62,891 nucleotides of DNA from a virus (Duplodnaviria; Caudoviricetes). The stretch spans positions 1 to 62,891 of IMG/VR virus record IMGVR_UViG_3300027754_000089; one strand, given 5' to 3'. Each line of letters begins with the position of its first letter. Position 1 is the first letter of the stretch. Made by a program: the position numbers and the translations under genes. Below, piece by piece: positions 9,501-18,957 of this stretch. Below the pieces are notes generated by a model. That model did not search any database, was not told the origin of the DNA, and saw only the letters and a program-made list of their open reading frames with translations.

Positions 9501-12500
9501 CGTAAAAAAGCACGGCGACTCATACCGCTTGGCGTAGGTTGCATTTCCATTTGTGCCGCACCAAACGCCATGTCAACCAAGCCTTGTGCGTCAAGGCTTT
9601 CAGGGCGCATACCAAACTTTTGCAATAGTTTACGAAAACTATCTGCAATTTTACTTAGCCACTCACCCAACACACCTTTGATTTTGTTAGGGGTAACGCC
9701 CGCCTTAACCGCTTCTTCAACAGCATACGCCAAGATTTCATCAGATCTTTGACTTGCTGGGGTGTTAGCTTCGTCTACCCGTGCTATAGCTTCTTTAGCA
9801 ATGCGAGACTCTACAGAGTTGTCGTTTCTTTTTGCCCAAGATTCAATAGTGCTACTGAGCGTGTCATACTGTTCTTTGCCAAGTATGTTCTTTAACCCAA
9901 CGTGAGCGCCTACTTCGTGCAGTAAAACACCTAACGCTTGTCCTTGATTAATATTTTCTGCAATTAAAAAAACTTTGTTACCCGCAGTATCTACAAAACC
10001 GCGTGTGTTTGAAGGAATGCGGTCTTTATATTGAGGGTTGCTTTGTAATAGGGCATTAACAGAAGAATAGATTTTAATACGGCCTAGATCAGTAAAGTGT
10101 TTTTTTAATTCTTGATTAACTATAGAAACAGTACTGGGATTATCTGTACTACCGCGAGAAAACCCAATGCCTTTTTCAAGGTCTTCGTCAGCTTGGAAAA
10201 CCAACGGCCCCGCCTTGCCTTCATATATTTGTTCGCGTGTCACGTTAAGCACTTCTTCTGTCAACGCCACGGTTTCAGCAAACAAAGACTGCGCCGCTTT
10301 AGCGGGCATATTAAAGAATTGAGAAAGCGCTTCAACAAATCTAGTAAAAATACTCTTACGTGGTTTGTCTGAAGGAATTTCAGTCAACAGTTTTTGAAAT
10401 TCTCTGTTGGCAAACAACTCTGCAACAAATTCTTTGGCGTTGGTTAAACCGTAAATATCAGAAGGCTTCTTAGCGCCCAAGACCATGCTATGATTTCTAA
10501 AGTATGTTCTGCCTTCTGGCGTAGCTAACCAATCTACAACTTTAAGACGCAAAGCATCCATTTGTTTCATCAACTCAGGCTGCAAGTTCATAGCGCGAAC
10601 AGTTGCAGCATGAGTCAACTCATGCAATAAAACTTTATTAACTTGCGCTGAATTACTATTTACATAAACAACGTCAAGAGACGTGGTATAAATCCCCGAC
10701 GCACGCATTTTACCGTCTACAAGATAATCGTCAGTCATGTAAACACGACCGCTACCATCCATTATGGGGGCTTTAGAAAACACTTCAGCCAACGCATTAA
10801 ACAATTGCCTAACCATTGGAGACGTTGTTTTTTGTGCACCATAACGGGCGGCTTCTTCAAAAGTCAAACCATGCAACGGATGATCTTTTGCTATCGTTGT
10901 ATTAAATTTACGCGCGCCTGCGTTTTCAACAGCTTCTTTAGTCATTGACCGCAATTGTTCAGGTGTAGGTGCGGGTTTAGGTGTAGGTTTAAGTGCTGGC
11001 TCTTTTCTTTTTATTGGTGGATAGTTAATTAATGTTTTTACAGCAATAGGTCTGCTAGGTTTAAAAGGCGGCACTCGCATTGGATCAAAATCATTGTTCA
11101 ACGCATCGTCAATTAAATCGTCTTGTAATTGACTTTCAGGTGCTTTCTCTGCATTCTTTAATATCTTGCGTTCTTCTTTGAACGTGGCTTTAGCCGCTTC
11201 TTTGTTGAGCTTAGCATCTCTTACATACGCTTGTTGTTCAATAGTTAATTTTCTAAGCTCTTCTTTTGCATCATTGCGTTTAGCAACAGCTTCTTTTTTG
11301 GCTGTAGCTTGTTTCTTACGGCCTTCTGCGGTTGCAGATGGGTTGTTGGCAATGTAATCAATTTGTTTTTGTGCGGCAGCAAGTTCAACTTTCTTTACGG
11401 CAATCTGTTCAAGAGGCGTAACTTTGCCTTCGGCTTTTTCAAGTTTAAATTGTCTTTCTTGTTCAGCAACATTTGGTTCTTTAATAGCCGTCTGTATACG
11501 CCCTGTTTTAGTTTTGACTACGCCTTCTACTTTGCGAGTGGATAGTCTTAAAGGACGAATGCCTGACTCTTCGTACATTTGTTTCATGGTTGCTTCTAAT
11601 GTCGCACGTTGTGCTTCATCAAACTCTTCCATTGCTTCTTGTTCTTTACGATAAAATTCGTCAGTACTCGTAATTTTCTGTGGTGCGTTGTCTAATGCGT
11701 TGTATATTTTGTTGTACGAATTTTCCACAGCTTTGGCCGCGGCTTCCATTCCTGCTTTATCACCAGCAATACGTGCTTTTTCATACGCATTTTCGTATTT
11801 GCCAATGGCTCCACGCAAACCATTAACCGTATTTTGTACCGAAAAATTTAACGTATCACGAATAACAATGGTTTTATTGCTGCCGGGCGTACGTTCCAAT
11901 ATAGTGGCAATAGTCGGAGTACCGGGTTCTTTAGCGGGCATACCCGCCGCTTCACGCGCAGCCTCCGCTTTGTTCTTAGCAACTGTTTCTTCGTTCTGAG
12001 CTTTTCTAACAGCTTCTTTTGCGGCTTCTAATTTACGTTCGGCCTTATCGCCTTCGTTTATTAACGCCTTGTCAATAGTGTTGCCTGCTTGTTCTTCAAG
12101 AACTTTTTTCTGTGTGGCACGCGCTTGCTCAAGAGCTTTCTCAATACTATTAAAAATCTTTTTGTGCTTTTCAATGTCTTTAATAATAAATTCAAAACCG
12201 GCACGAATTTTTTTAGTATACGGGTGCAACAACAATTCTTTGGACACATAGTCCAAGCCATCCTCTAGTTCTTCTAGCTTTTTCTTAGCCTGAAAATAAG
12301 CTGTCTCAAGATCAGAAACCATGTTTCCAATTCTTTGACGAGCGGACATGCGTTGTTTTCTAATATTATTGGCTATTTTTATAGCTGTTGTAACAGCAGA
12401 ATCTTCAGCGGTAATTTTAGTCAGCGTTGCACGCGCCGCTTCAACAGGGTTTTTCTTGGACTCCTCAAGCTTTTTGTTGTACGCGTCAATCCGTTTTTGT

Positions 12501-15500
12501 TCTTCTTCAATCTTTCTTGCAATCGTGGCCGCACGCTTGGCTTGGAACTCAACTTGTCTGTTGTCTTCTGCAATAGATGCGCGAAGCTTATTAACTTCAC
12601 CGCTATCAAGGAAATTCATAAAGCGTTTGCTTGTTGTTCTGGTCACGCCTTTCTCAGACGCACCGGGGAACAACTCATTTTGCGCACCCTCATCGGCAAC
12701 GGCACCGCGCATGTTTTTAAGATCTTCCTCCAACTGACGCGGCATCTCCAACGCAAGACCGTTCTCTACACGGCGTACTTGCTCAAGCACAAGGTCTTGG
12801 CTTTCAGGCGATAGGTTTTTAAAATACTTTTGTAGCAACTCAAGTTGCGTAGTGTCTTCTTCAGAAGCTCTATTGAGCGCGGCTTCAAACTGCTGTTCTG
12901 TGGAACGTGTTTGTCCTTGGAACTGTGTCTTAAGTATGGGCGTTACTTTTGTAACTTTTGCATTGCCCTGCTCACGCGGCGCAGGGGCTTCAATGCCAGA
13001 TGCTTCATCAACGGCATCGCGCATTTGGCTACGTAAAGCTTTGGCCGCGGCATCATAGTTGTTGAAAACACGTTGCCCTAAAGGAGCACGGGAGATTTCT
13101 TCTTCTGCACCTCTAACAACTTTGTTAGCGCGCATCTGTGCTTGCGTTGTCTTAACCTGTAAAGGCTCAAAAATACCCGCACCGCGCTCAATCAATTCGG
13201 TTAAAACTTGTTCTAAGTTACCAACCGCATCTGTCTTTTCTTTGATAGATAACGGTGGTAGTTTGGCAATAACACGTTTAGCATCTATTTCATTCAACGC
13301 CAAACCAATAACAGTATCTTTTAAACGCTCTGCGGCGTTGCGCAATGTTTGGATTCGTGCATCGGAACGATACACGCTGTCTTCTCGTATGCGTTTAATA
13401 AAATCAGACAACCTATCAAAGGCGGTAAGTTGTGCTTGTGCCAAACGTGTAGCTCTGTTGGCACGGATAGTGTCAGGCGTTTGTTTACCTTCAACACCAG
13501 TTTCTTTAGCCAACAACCCTATCTCAAGTTGTCCAGCCCCTTGTTCTGTATCGGGTTCTCTAAGGTCAGCCAGTTGTTTGCGGATTTCTTGAGCACGCGT
13601 AGAGTTATTTGTAGCAAGCGCATACGACAGTTGTGCACGCAAAGAATCTGCTTGGCTTACACGTTCTGCGCCCATGCCTTCCATAACACGACCAACAACA
13701 AGTTTGTCCGTTTGTCTTTTACTTGTCAATATAGAGTCCACAAGCTTGTCCACTTGTGTAGAAACCTGACCCGTAGGTAAAGTAAAAGGCCCGCGACGCT
13801 CTTGCATACGCATCATTGCGTTGCGTTCTGGCGCTAGCTTGGCATTGCGTTCTGCTTCAGCAGTGGCTTCATCTTCTTGTTTACGTACGTTATCAAGATA
13901 CTCACGCTCTTGATCTTCAATTTCTTGTGGGCCGGGTTCATATGCGCGTGCTTTGAACGCTTCTTTAGATTCAACAAATTGATTTTTAAACTCACGCTTG
14001 GGCCCAAAGTCAAAGCCCAATTGTTCTTGGCCCGCTTCTTTCTTCAGCGCTTGGATCTCTTCACGTAGCTTTTTGGCTTTCTCAGGATCGTAGGCTGGGC
14101 CTGCCATGTCAGCAAACTCAGCTTCTTTCTTGGCCAATCTGTTCTGTATCTCTTGGGGATTTTTATACCCGCCAAGTTCTTTCAGTTGTTCATCAACGTA
14201 TTTCTTTTCATTGCGCAACAAGTTGCCCTGACGTTGCAATTTCTCATGCGCGTCATAGTCTTTTTTGGCTACGGCGTTGGACTCTTGTTCTTGATGTGCC
14301 TCTAAAAGACGTTCTAGTTCCTGCTGTTTTTGAGCAAACTCAACAACTTTCTTTTTGTTTTCGTCTTCAACTTGTTCTGAAGGTTTAACTTCTTCCGGAA
14401 CTTCTACGGGCTCCATACCGGGCAATGTGCCCTGTGCACTCTGGTAATACTCTTGTTGTGTCGGCCCTTGCGGTACTTCTTGAGCCGCCTGTTGTTCTAT
14501 GTTGGCATAGCGCTGTTCTTGTGCTTGCTGTGCTGCGCCCTTAACGCGGCGATACTCGCCCACTTGTTCTGCAAGCTGTTTGCCAATCTCTTTAAGCTGG
14601 GCACGAGCCGCCTTATAGGCGTCAATCTCTTCAAAAGATGCGCCTTTGCCGGGTCTTTTTATGGCTTTGAGATCGCGGAACTGCTTATCCAAAGCCTCGT
14701 AATTGTTAACAAACTCCGTGGCGTACTCAGGCGTTTGTTTGCGTGCTTCTAATTGAGCCGCTTCTTCTGCCTGTACGCGCTGAGCTTCTTCCTCCTGCCC
14801 CATCTGCTCCATGCGAGCTTTACGTTGTGCAATTTGTTTCTCTTGCTCAACTTGTTGTCTAGCACCACCGCGCTCAGACAAACGACCCGCCGCACCCATA
14901 GGCGCCAACAACCCAACTTGATATGCTGTCTGGCCATACTCGCGTAACGCGTCATCACTGGTAAGGGATAACCCTGCCTGTGAACGCTCCAACATTTGTT
15001 GTGCAACTTCTGTGGGAATCTCAGCCAATGCGCCTGTGGCTGTACCTTTTGCAAGAGTAGTAAGTAGCTTTTCTTCTGCCAACTTAGCGGCGTTGGCTCC
15101 TCCGCCCAATAGTGCTTTCTCAGGAATGCCAGTCAACTTACTGACAAGACGCCCGCCCAAAGGAATAAAGTTACCAGCAACATCTAACGCGGCTTGAGGC
15201 ACTGCTGCAAACCCAGCTTTCTCTCTGTTAATTTTTACAGGTTCACCACGCGCAGTTTGTTCTTCTGCTTGGCGTTCAATGTTGCCACCAAATTGAGTCA
15301 ATAAAGAAGGTACTGCGGCTCCGGCTAAACCACCAATAAGCGCACCCGTTGGGCCTGCAATTGAACCAAGGGCGGCACCTGCTCTAGCGCTACCAGCAAG
15401 AGCGGCAATGTTGGGGGCTTGTTCTGCTAATGCTGCGGGGATTTGACTGACTACTTCGCCTGCCGCAGGAAGAATGCCTTTTTCTTTGTATGCCTTGATT

Positions 15501-15808
15501 ACTTTATCAAGACTGGTTTGTTCAGCGTAACGCTCACCAATGTCTTTGCCACGTGAAATACCGGCTTTAGCCGCTTCCTCTGGACTACCGCCTAACAAAG
15601 AAGAAATACCTGTACGTGCTTGAGAGATGAGGGACTCAGCGCCTTTGCTTACTGCGGCACCAAGTCCTTTTTTAGAGTACCCAACTTGTTCATAGAACTC
15701 GGGTAGCGGGATGTCTGGGTAAAACTTTTCGTGAAGTGCGTCTGCTAGTTGCTTGTCGCTTAAGTCCTTGTACTGTGGAAACTTACTACGTACTTCACTG
15801 ATGTTCAT
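6464..15808 (-). CDS. Giant (3114 aa) virion ejection / large polyvalent protein with zincin-like motifs and probable LPD38-type C-terminus
   Basis: Last gene of structural arm; Ala/Gly hydrophobic N-terminal region, long coiled coils, HELTH and HEVGAH motifs, C-terminal IPFFNAQIQ...RLPIPFEIG pattern. Confidence 0.75.
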   Translation of the reverse strand: MNISEVRSKFPQYKDLSDKQLADALHEKFYPDIPLPEFYEQVGYSKKGLGAAVSKGAESLISQARTGISSLLGGSPEEAAKAGISRGKDIGERYAEQTSLDKVIKAYKEKGILPAAGEVVSQIPAALAEQAPNIAALAGSARAGAALGSIAGPTGALIGGLAGAAVPSLLTQFGGNIERQAEEQTARGEPVKINREKAGFAAVPQAALDVAGNFIPLGGRLVSKLTGIPEKALLGGGANAAKLAEEKLLTTLAKGTATGALAEIPTEVAQQMLERSQAGLSLTSDDALREYGQTAYQVGLLAPMGAAGRLSERGGARQQVEQEKQIAQRKARMEQMGQEEEAQRVQAEEAAQLEARKQTPEYATEFVNNYEALDKQFRDLKAIKRPGKGASFEEIDAYKAARAQLKEIGKQLAEQVGEYRRVKGAAQQAQEQRYANIEQQAAQEVPQGPTQQEYYQSAQGTLPGMEPVEVPEEVKPSEQVEDENKKKVVEFAQKQQELERLLEAHQEQESNAVAKKDYDAHEKLQRQGNLLRNEKKYVDEQLKELGGYKNPQEIQNRLAKKEAEFADMAGPAYDPEKAKKLREEIQALKKEAGQEQLGFDFGPKREFKNQFVESKEAFKARAYEPGPQEIEDQEREYLDNVRKQEDEATAEAERNAKLAPERNAMMRMQERRGPFTLPTGQVSTQVDKLVDSILTSKRQTDKLVVGRVMEGMGAERVSQADSLRAQLSYALATNNSTRAQEIRKQLADLREPDTEQGAGQLEIGLLAKETGVEGKQTPDTIRANRATRLAQAQLTAFDRLSDFIKRIREDSVYRSDARIQTLRNAAERLKDTVIGLALNEIDAKRVIAKLPPLSIKEKTDAVGNLEQVLTELIERGAGIFEPLQVKTTQAQMRANKVVRGAEEEISRAPLGQRVFNNYDAAAKALRSQMRDAVDEASGIEAPAPREQGNAKVTKVTPILKTQFQGQTRSTEQQFEAALNRASEEDTTQLELLQKYFKNLSPESQDLVLEQVRRVENGLALEMPRQLEEDLKNMRGAVADEGAQNELFPGASEKGVTRTTSKRFMNFLDSGEVNKLRASIAEDNRQVEFQAKRAATIARKIEEEQKRIDAYNKKLEESKKNPVEAARATLTKITAEDSAVTTAIKIANNIRKQRMSARQRIGNMVSDLETAYFQAKKKLEELEDGLDYVSKELLLHPYTKKIRAGFEFIIKDIEKHKKIFNSIEKALEQARATQKKVLEEQAGNTIDKALINEGDKAERKLEAAKEAVRKAQNEETVAKNKAEAAREAAGMPAKEPGTPTIATILERTPGSNKTIVIRDTLNFSVQNTVNGLRGAIGKYENAYEKARIAGDKAGMEAAAKAVENSYNKIYNALDNAPQKITSTDEFYRKEQEAMEEFDEAQRATLEATMKQMYEESGIRPLRLSTRKVEGVVKTKTGRIQTAIKEPNVAEQERQFKLEKAEGKVTPLEQIAVKKVELAAAQKQIDYIANNPSATAEGRKKQATAKKEAVAKRNDAKEELRKLTIEQQAYVRDAKLNKEAAKATFKEERKILKNAEKAPESQLQDDLIDDALNNDFDPMRVPPFKPSRPIAVKTLINYPPIKRKEPALKPTPKPAPTPEQLRSMTKEAVENAGARKFNTTIAKDHPLHGLTFEEAARYGAQKTTSPMVRQLFNALAEVFSKAPIMDGSGRVYMTDDYLVDGKMRASGIYTTSLDVVYVNSNSAQVNKVLLHELTHAATVRAMNLQPELMKQMDALRLKVVDWLATPEGRTYFRNHSMVLGAKKPSDIYGLTNAKEFVAELFANREFQKLLTEIPSDKPRKSIFTRFVEALSQFFNMPAKAAQSLFAETVALTEEVLNVTREQIYEGKAGPLVFQADEDLEKGIGFSRGSTDNPSTVSIVNQELKKHFTDLGRIKIYSSVNALLQSNPQYKDRIPSNTRGFVDTAGNKVFLIAENINQGQALGVLLHEVGAHVGLKNILGKEQYDTLSSTIESWAKRNDNSVESRIAKEAIARVDEANTPASQRSDEILAYAVEEAVKAGVTPNKIKGVLGEWLSKIADSFRKLLQKFGMRPESLDAQGLVDMAFGAAQMEMQPTPSGMSRRAFLRGAVAAVGGMQLPAVNMGMSLDAKAKLFNATLNAADSWFSTAIGMAKTPALRNIVKQYSFDIDNDVFAEALYNADSDIEGKESLYSHLHWESYGNGDSTESLIDLLKSKPDAVEKLQAAVLNVRSQLVATIDKLPKKENGEIAENELPEVGELLFSVKPKYVSAELAAAGHIADQFVAKQKNIKQRVQAASGGWLGLETQFVDRFAGFEKLSKLMEPLRGSQMMFYLRMYDQRMNFVAQSVARGAPQIVEKIRADGKKEYLIEATEGDSLKGVVETLKEATPLVGNGEAVNRLFTLYMSAVRVKDKGIGSLNFNGRVTEADLAAAVKAVENTPGLKKIFEAARHEYNGYNKNLINFLVQTGAISKEHAANLLKENDYIPWYRQRNGVAELVIGSETPVRIGSIAEQPYLQELVGGDEPILDFMTSSVQNTNMLADMGLRNLATKNAVFELANMGLAKIGGGRSTSGPDVVKFKDNGQDKYALIDTDQVGIPADILVKGMEGIPTQMPAMMRLLAAPAQLLRKAVTLSPLYAAKQLFRDSVAAPLLAGADFTPVMGAIREIGSPTKEILEKRGITGGQIFTGTSEDLTKILKDITAGRSNWSQLIAKAEAINMEADAATRRAQYNSYIKQGLSEMEATLMSLESMNFNKRGASPSVHWMNAMIPFFNAQIQSMNVLYKALTGKLPFNERLKIQEKLLTRGLMVAAGTLAYANMMQDDEAYKNATPEQKYGNWFIRIPGVDEPIRLPIPFEIGYIFKALPEALYNTMKNKHGGEEAVKAFEQILLQTIPGGTSYGIPQALRPAIEAGLGKSFYTGRDTLTPHEAALMPEYQFRANTTEVSKLIGKVAGVSPIKLDELIRGYTGTMGLAFAQAVSMGVPTGESPEKAYKRLSETPVVGGLFQPNDAGGIITSVYDKLADLKKLETTVDDLITKGEKAEAMRLVQTRSNDYMMASMSDYYTSTMRDLTAYENAIRSTSMSGEDKRSKLDEVRQMKIRFANTMRENLDKTTRQSALP

Positions 15809-15818
15809 GTTTTACTTT

Positions 15819-17936
15819 CTACGTTTTACGTAATCCCAGAGGGTCTAATTGTGCACCGGCTGTTGCGGTACCGCTGCTTATCCCAGCAGGTGTTGCCATT
15901 CTAAACGCTTGAAACGCTCTTTGCAAGAACTCATCTTGTTTTGCTCTTTGCATTTCTGGGGTCAAACTCATAGCATCCATTTTGTTTAAAGATTTAAGCC
16001 AATTGTCGTACATTACATCTGCTTGGTGCATTGCTTGCGCTGTATTGACTCCGCCAGATTCAAGATTTGACGCTTTAGCGTTGGCTTCTCTGGCCAAAGC
16101 CTGACGATACATGTCTTCGCGTTCAGTCTTTTGTTGCTCGCGTTTCATGGCAAGAGCGCCAAGTCCAGCTTCGCCCACAGCACCACCAATATTGGGGTTT
16201 TTGCTAGCCATTAAACCAAGACCAAACGCTACAAGGTCGTCGTCGCTCATGCCTTTGGCTTTCTTTGGCGTTAACTCTGCTTTAGCCGCTTCCATAAAGG
16301 AGTCTTTGGCTTTCTCAGGAATGCCTTGTTTAATTTCCCCATTGGGGCTCATGTCATCATCTCTTAGTGGCACTGGTGCAACTGGAGCAGTTTCTTCTGT
16401 GCCGGGTTCAACCAAAGGTTGATTCAAAGGACGCACTAAATTTCTAGCCGTTTCCTCATTAAAGCCTAACGACGTTCCTTTGCGACCACTGGGGGCGCTA
16501 GTGATAACCCTAGGTATTTGTGATACTGCATTTTTCATTTGCTCCATGTAAGGCATTTTGCTTGGGCCTTCGGGATTGTTTGCAGCAGCATCTTGAATAG
16601 CAGCCGCAAAACCAACATCGCCGCTCATGGCGCTCAACATAGGATTGTCTACCATTTCTTTACGACGGTTTGCAGGTAAAGTTTGCAAATCTTGCATTGC
16701 TTTATCAGTCAACATACCACCAATAACAGGGATAGCCGTTGCAACGCCAGCACCACGAATCAAACCGGGTACTCTACTGGCTGAAAAAGCTTCACGAGCA
16801 GTAGGTATCAAAGCAGAAGGTATTAGTGATTGACCTAAACCTGTACCAGTTGTGCCTTCTAAACTTGGCATTTTTTCTTTGTTTTGCAAAGAAGCAAGTC
16901 CCGCATCTTTATTTGGTAATTCCCCTGCATTGGCTGACGGCAAACCAAGCCCTGCCATTTTTAATTTTGTCCAGTTACGAAGATCTCCAACAGTTTTTTC
17001 TCCTTTACTGCCTAGCACTTCAGGATTAGCTTTAATAATTTCGTCTGCTCTTTTAGGAGTTGTATTTTTTAAAAACTCAGCAACTGTTTGTTTTGGATTG
17101 GCGGTTAATAGAGCTTTGCCAACAGGTTCCCCTAAAAAATGAGTTCCGTACAATTCGTGCGGTTCAGGAGCCCTGCCCAAAGATTTTTCCAAAGCCTTTT
17201 GATTTTTGCCAAGATATAAACCACCCAATCTAATTGCTTCGCCGGGATCATTGCGCAACGCTGGATCACCGCCTAAATCTTTGTATGTTTTATCAATAAA
17301 TTGAAAAAAGTTGGTAGCCGAAGATTTTGGATTTTTACCTGTTCCTTCTACGCCTGCAATCATTTGCATTACTTTTGGATCTACCCCATTGGCTATAGCA
17401 GAATCAATCATCATTTGACGATAGTCAGGTTTAGCTTTAACAGCCCCTTGATCCGCAAAATGTGCAACACCGCCAGCAGCCATACTTCTTGGGGTCACAC
17501 CACTGTCGGGATGCAAGTCAACTGCGGGAGCCATCTGAGCATAGTTAAACATGCCCGGTTGTTGGGGGCCGCCATCGGCATAACCCGCGATACCACCATC
17601 AGCCATGTGCTGTAAGTTGGGAGCGTTTAGTGCTCCAATGCCTTGGTTCTCAGGTAATACAGTACCGCCGTGTGCATAGCCTGTGGCGTTGCCCATCATA
17701 TCCACATTAGGCATAGACCCTACGTCAGCTACAGCCGCTTCATTGACTTTAGGAGGCATAGCTCCAGCCATTCTCGCTTGTGCAGCACGGCGCATTTCTT
17801 TACGGCGTGAGTCTTCCGAAATAATAAACGGAAGCACATAAGGATCATTTTTGTGCATCATCGCCATCTGCTTCAATGCCATATCAGGCATCATTGCAAT
17901 TCCAGATGTAAGTTTTTGTGAGTTGGGTAGTGCCAT
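15819..17936 (-). CDS. Ejection protein with lytic transglycosylase (SLT-like) domain
   Basis: IAGVE...SSATNFFQFIDKTY...LYGTHFLG lysozyme-like motifs; position among ejection genes. Confidence 0.7.
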   Translation of the reverse strand: MALPNSQKLTSGIAMMPDMALKQMAMMHKNDPYVLPFIISEDSRRKEMRRAAQARMAGAMPPKVNEAAVADVGSMPNVDMMGNATGYAHGGTVLPENQGIGALNAPNLQHMADGGIAGYADGGPQQPGMFNYAQMAPAVDLHPDSGVTPRSMAAGGVAHFADQGAVKAKPDYRQMMIDSAIANGVDPKVMQMIAGVEGTGKNPKSSATNFFQFIDKTYKDLGGDPALRNDPGEAIRLGGLYLGKNQKALEKSLGRAPEPHELYGTHFLGEPVGKALLTANPKQTVAEFLKNTTPKRADEIIKANPEVLGSKGEKTVGDLRNWTKLKMAGLGLPSANAGELPNKDAGLASLQNKEKMPSLEGTTGTGLGQSLIPSALIPTAREAFSASRVPGLIRGAGVATAIPVIGGMLTDKAMQDLQTLPANRRKEMVDNPMLSAMSGDVGFAAAIQDAAANNPEGPSKMPYMEQMKNAVSQIPRVITSAPSGRKGTSLGFNEETARNLVRPLNQPLVEPGTEETAPVAPVPLRDDDMSPNGEIKQGIPEKAKDSFMEAAKAELTPKKAKGMSDDDLVAFGLGLMASKNPNIGGAVGEAGLGALAMKREQQKTEREDMYRQALAREANAKASNLESGGVNTAQAMHQADVMYDNWLKSLNKMDAMSLTPEMQRAKQDEFLQRAFQAFRMATPAGISSGTATAGAQLDPLGLRKT

Positions 17937-17940
17937 TTTA

Positions 17941-18948
17941 TTAACCCATGTTATAGATTGCTAACTCTGCTAAACCAGCAGGACGTTTGACTGCACCGCC
18001 TTCAGCAAATAAACCAAGGCCTTTGGCAGCAATACCCGCACCAGCAACTTGCCCTAGCATAGAAGGGGGCGCTTGATACACACTGCCTGTACTCTGGGCC
18101 ATTGGAAGACCGCGCAAGATATCGGACATAAAACTGATTTGCTTGTATGGGTTGTTCTGGTAGTTCAAGAAGTCTTGATACTGATTGTTCAACTGGTTTT
18201 GAACTTGCTGTTGCTGTACGCCACCATACTGCGCTTGTTGCGCGTTGATGCCCATGTTTTGTTGGTACTGCTGATTGCCAATGCCAGCTAAGTTTGAAGC
18301 GGCAGTATTGGCTGCTTGAAGACCTTGAAGCCCAAGACCTGCACCAAACTGTTGCTGTTGAGCATTGAGTTGGTTCTGGGTGTTGTATTGAGTTTGCGCT
18401 TGGTTGTACGCATCAAATTGATTTTTGGCTAAATTGCGTTGAAGGTCAGCGTTGTTTTGCGCGCCCATAATGGCTTGACGCCCACCACCAAACGCACCGC
18501 CTAATGTGGCTTGTGCATTATTTTGTGCATTTTGGATACCCGCATTTCTATAAGCTGCCGCATCCATGACGCCTGTAAAAGGATTCATCATGCTGTTGCC
18601 AGTTATATTACCCTTTGCGTCTTTAATATTGGCGTTGCTAAACGCGGTGTTGAAATTAGATGGGCTAAACGTGTATTGTTGATTAAGAGCCCCAAGACCT
18701 GCCATACCCGCAAGAGCTGTTGCATCTTGCAACTGCGGTGCAGTTTGCATAGTAGCCGCATTGCCAAACGCTTGTTGCTGTAGGGGCGTGAACTGCGCTA
18801 CCCGGTCTCCCATATACTGTTGATAATCAACATTAGGATCTGTAATAGCTCGGGCATTCCCGATCATGTTTTCTACATCCGCTTTAGCGTAGTCGGGGAT
18901 GGTTGTGTAATTTGTTGTTTGTTGTACAAATTGTGGATCTGATGCCAT
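17941..18948 (-). CDS. Gln/Asn/Gly-rich ejection (DNA pilot-like) protein
   Basis: GAFGGGRQAI motif, Q-rich low complexity, synteny. Confidence 0.65.
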   Translation of the reverse strand: MASDPQFVQQTTNYTTIPDYAKADVENMIGNARAITDPNVDYQQYMGDRVAQFTPLQQQAFGNAATMQTAPQLQDATALAGMAGLGALNQQYTFSPSNFNTAFSNANIKDAKGNITGNSMMNPFTGVMDAAAYRNAGIQNAQNNAQATLGGAFGGGRQAIMGAQNNADLQRNLAKNQFDAYNQAQTQYNTQNQLNAQQQQFGAGLGLQGLQAANTAASNLAGIGNQQYQQNMGINAQQAQYGGVQQQQVQNQLNNQYQDFLNYQNNPYKQISFMSDILRGLPMAQSTGSVYQAPPSMLGQVAGAGIAAKGLGLFAEGGAVKRPAGLAELAIYNMG

Positions 18949-18957
18949 GATTCTTCC

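Noticed and set aside
7043-15197. Numerous 60-180 aa ORFs opposite or within the giant gene
   Set aside because: Shadow frames without RBS or recognisable motifs
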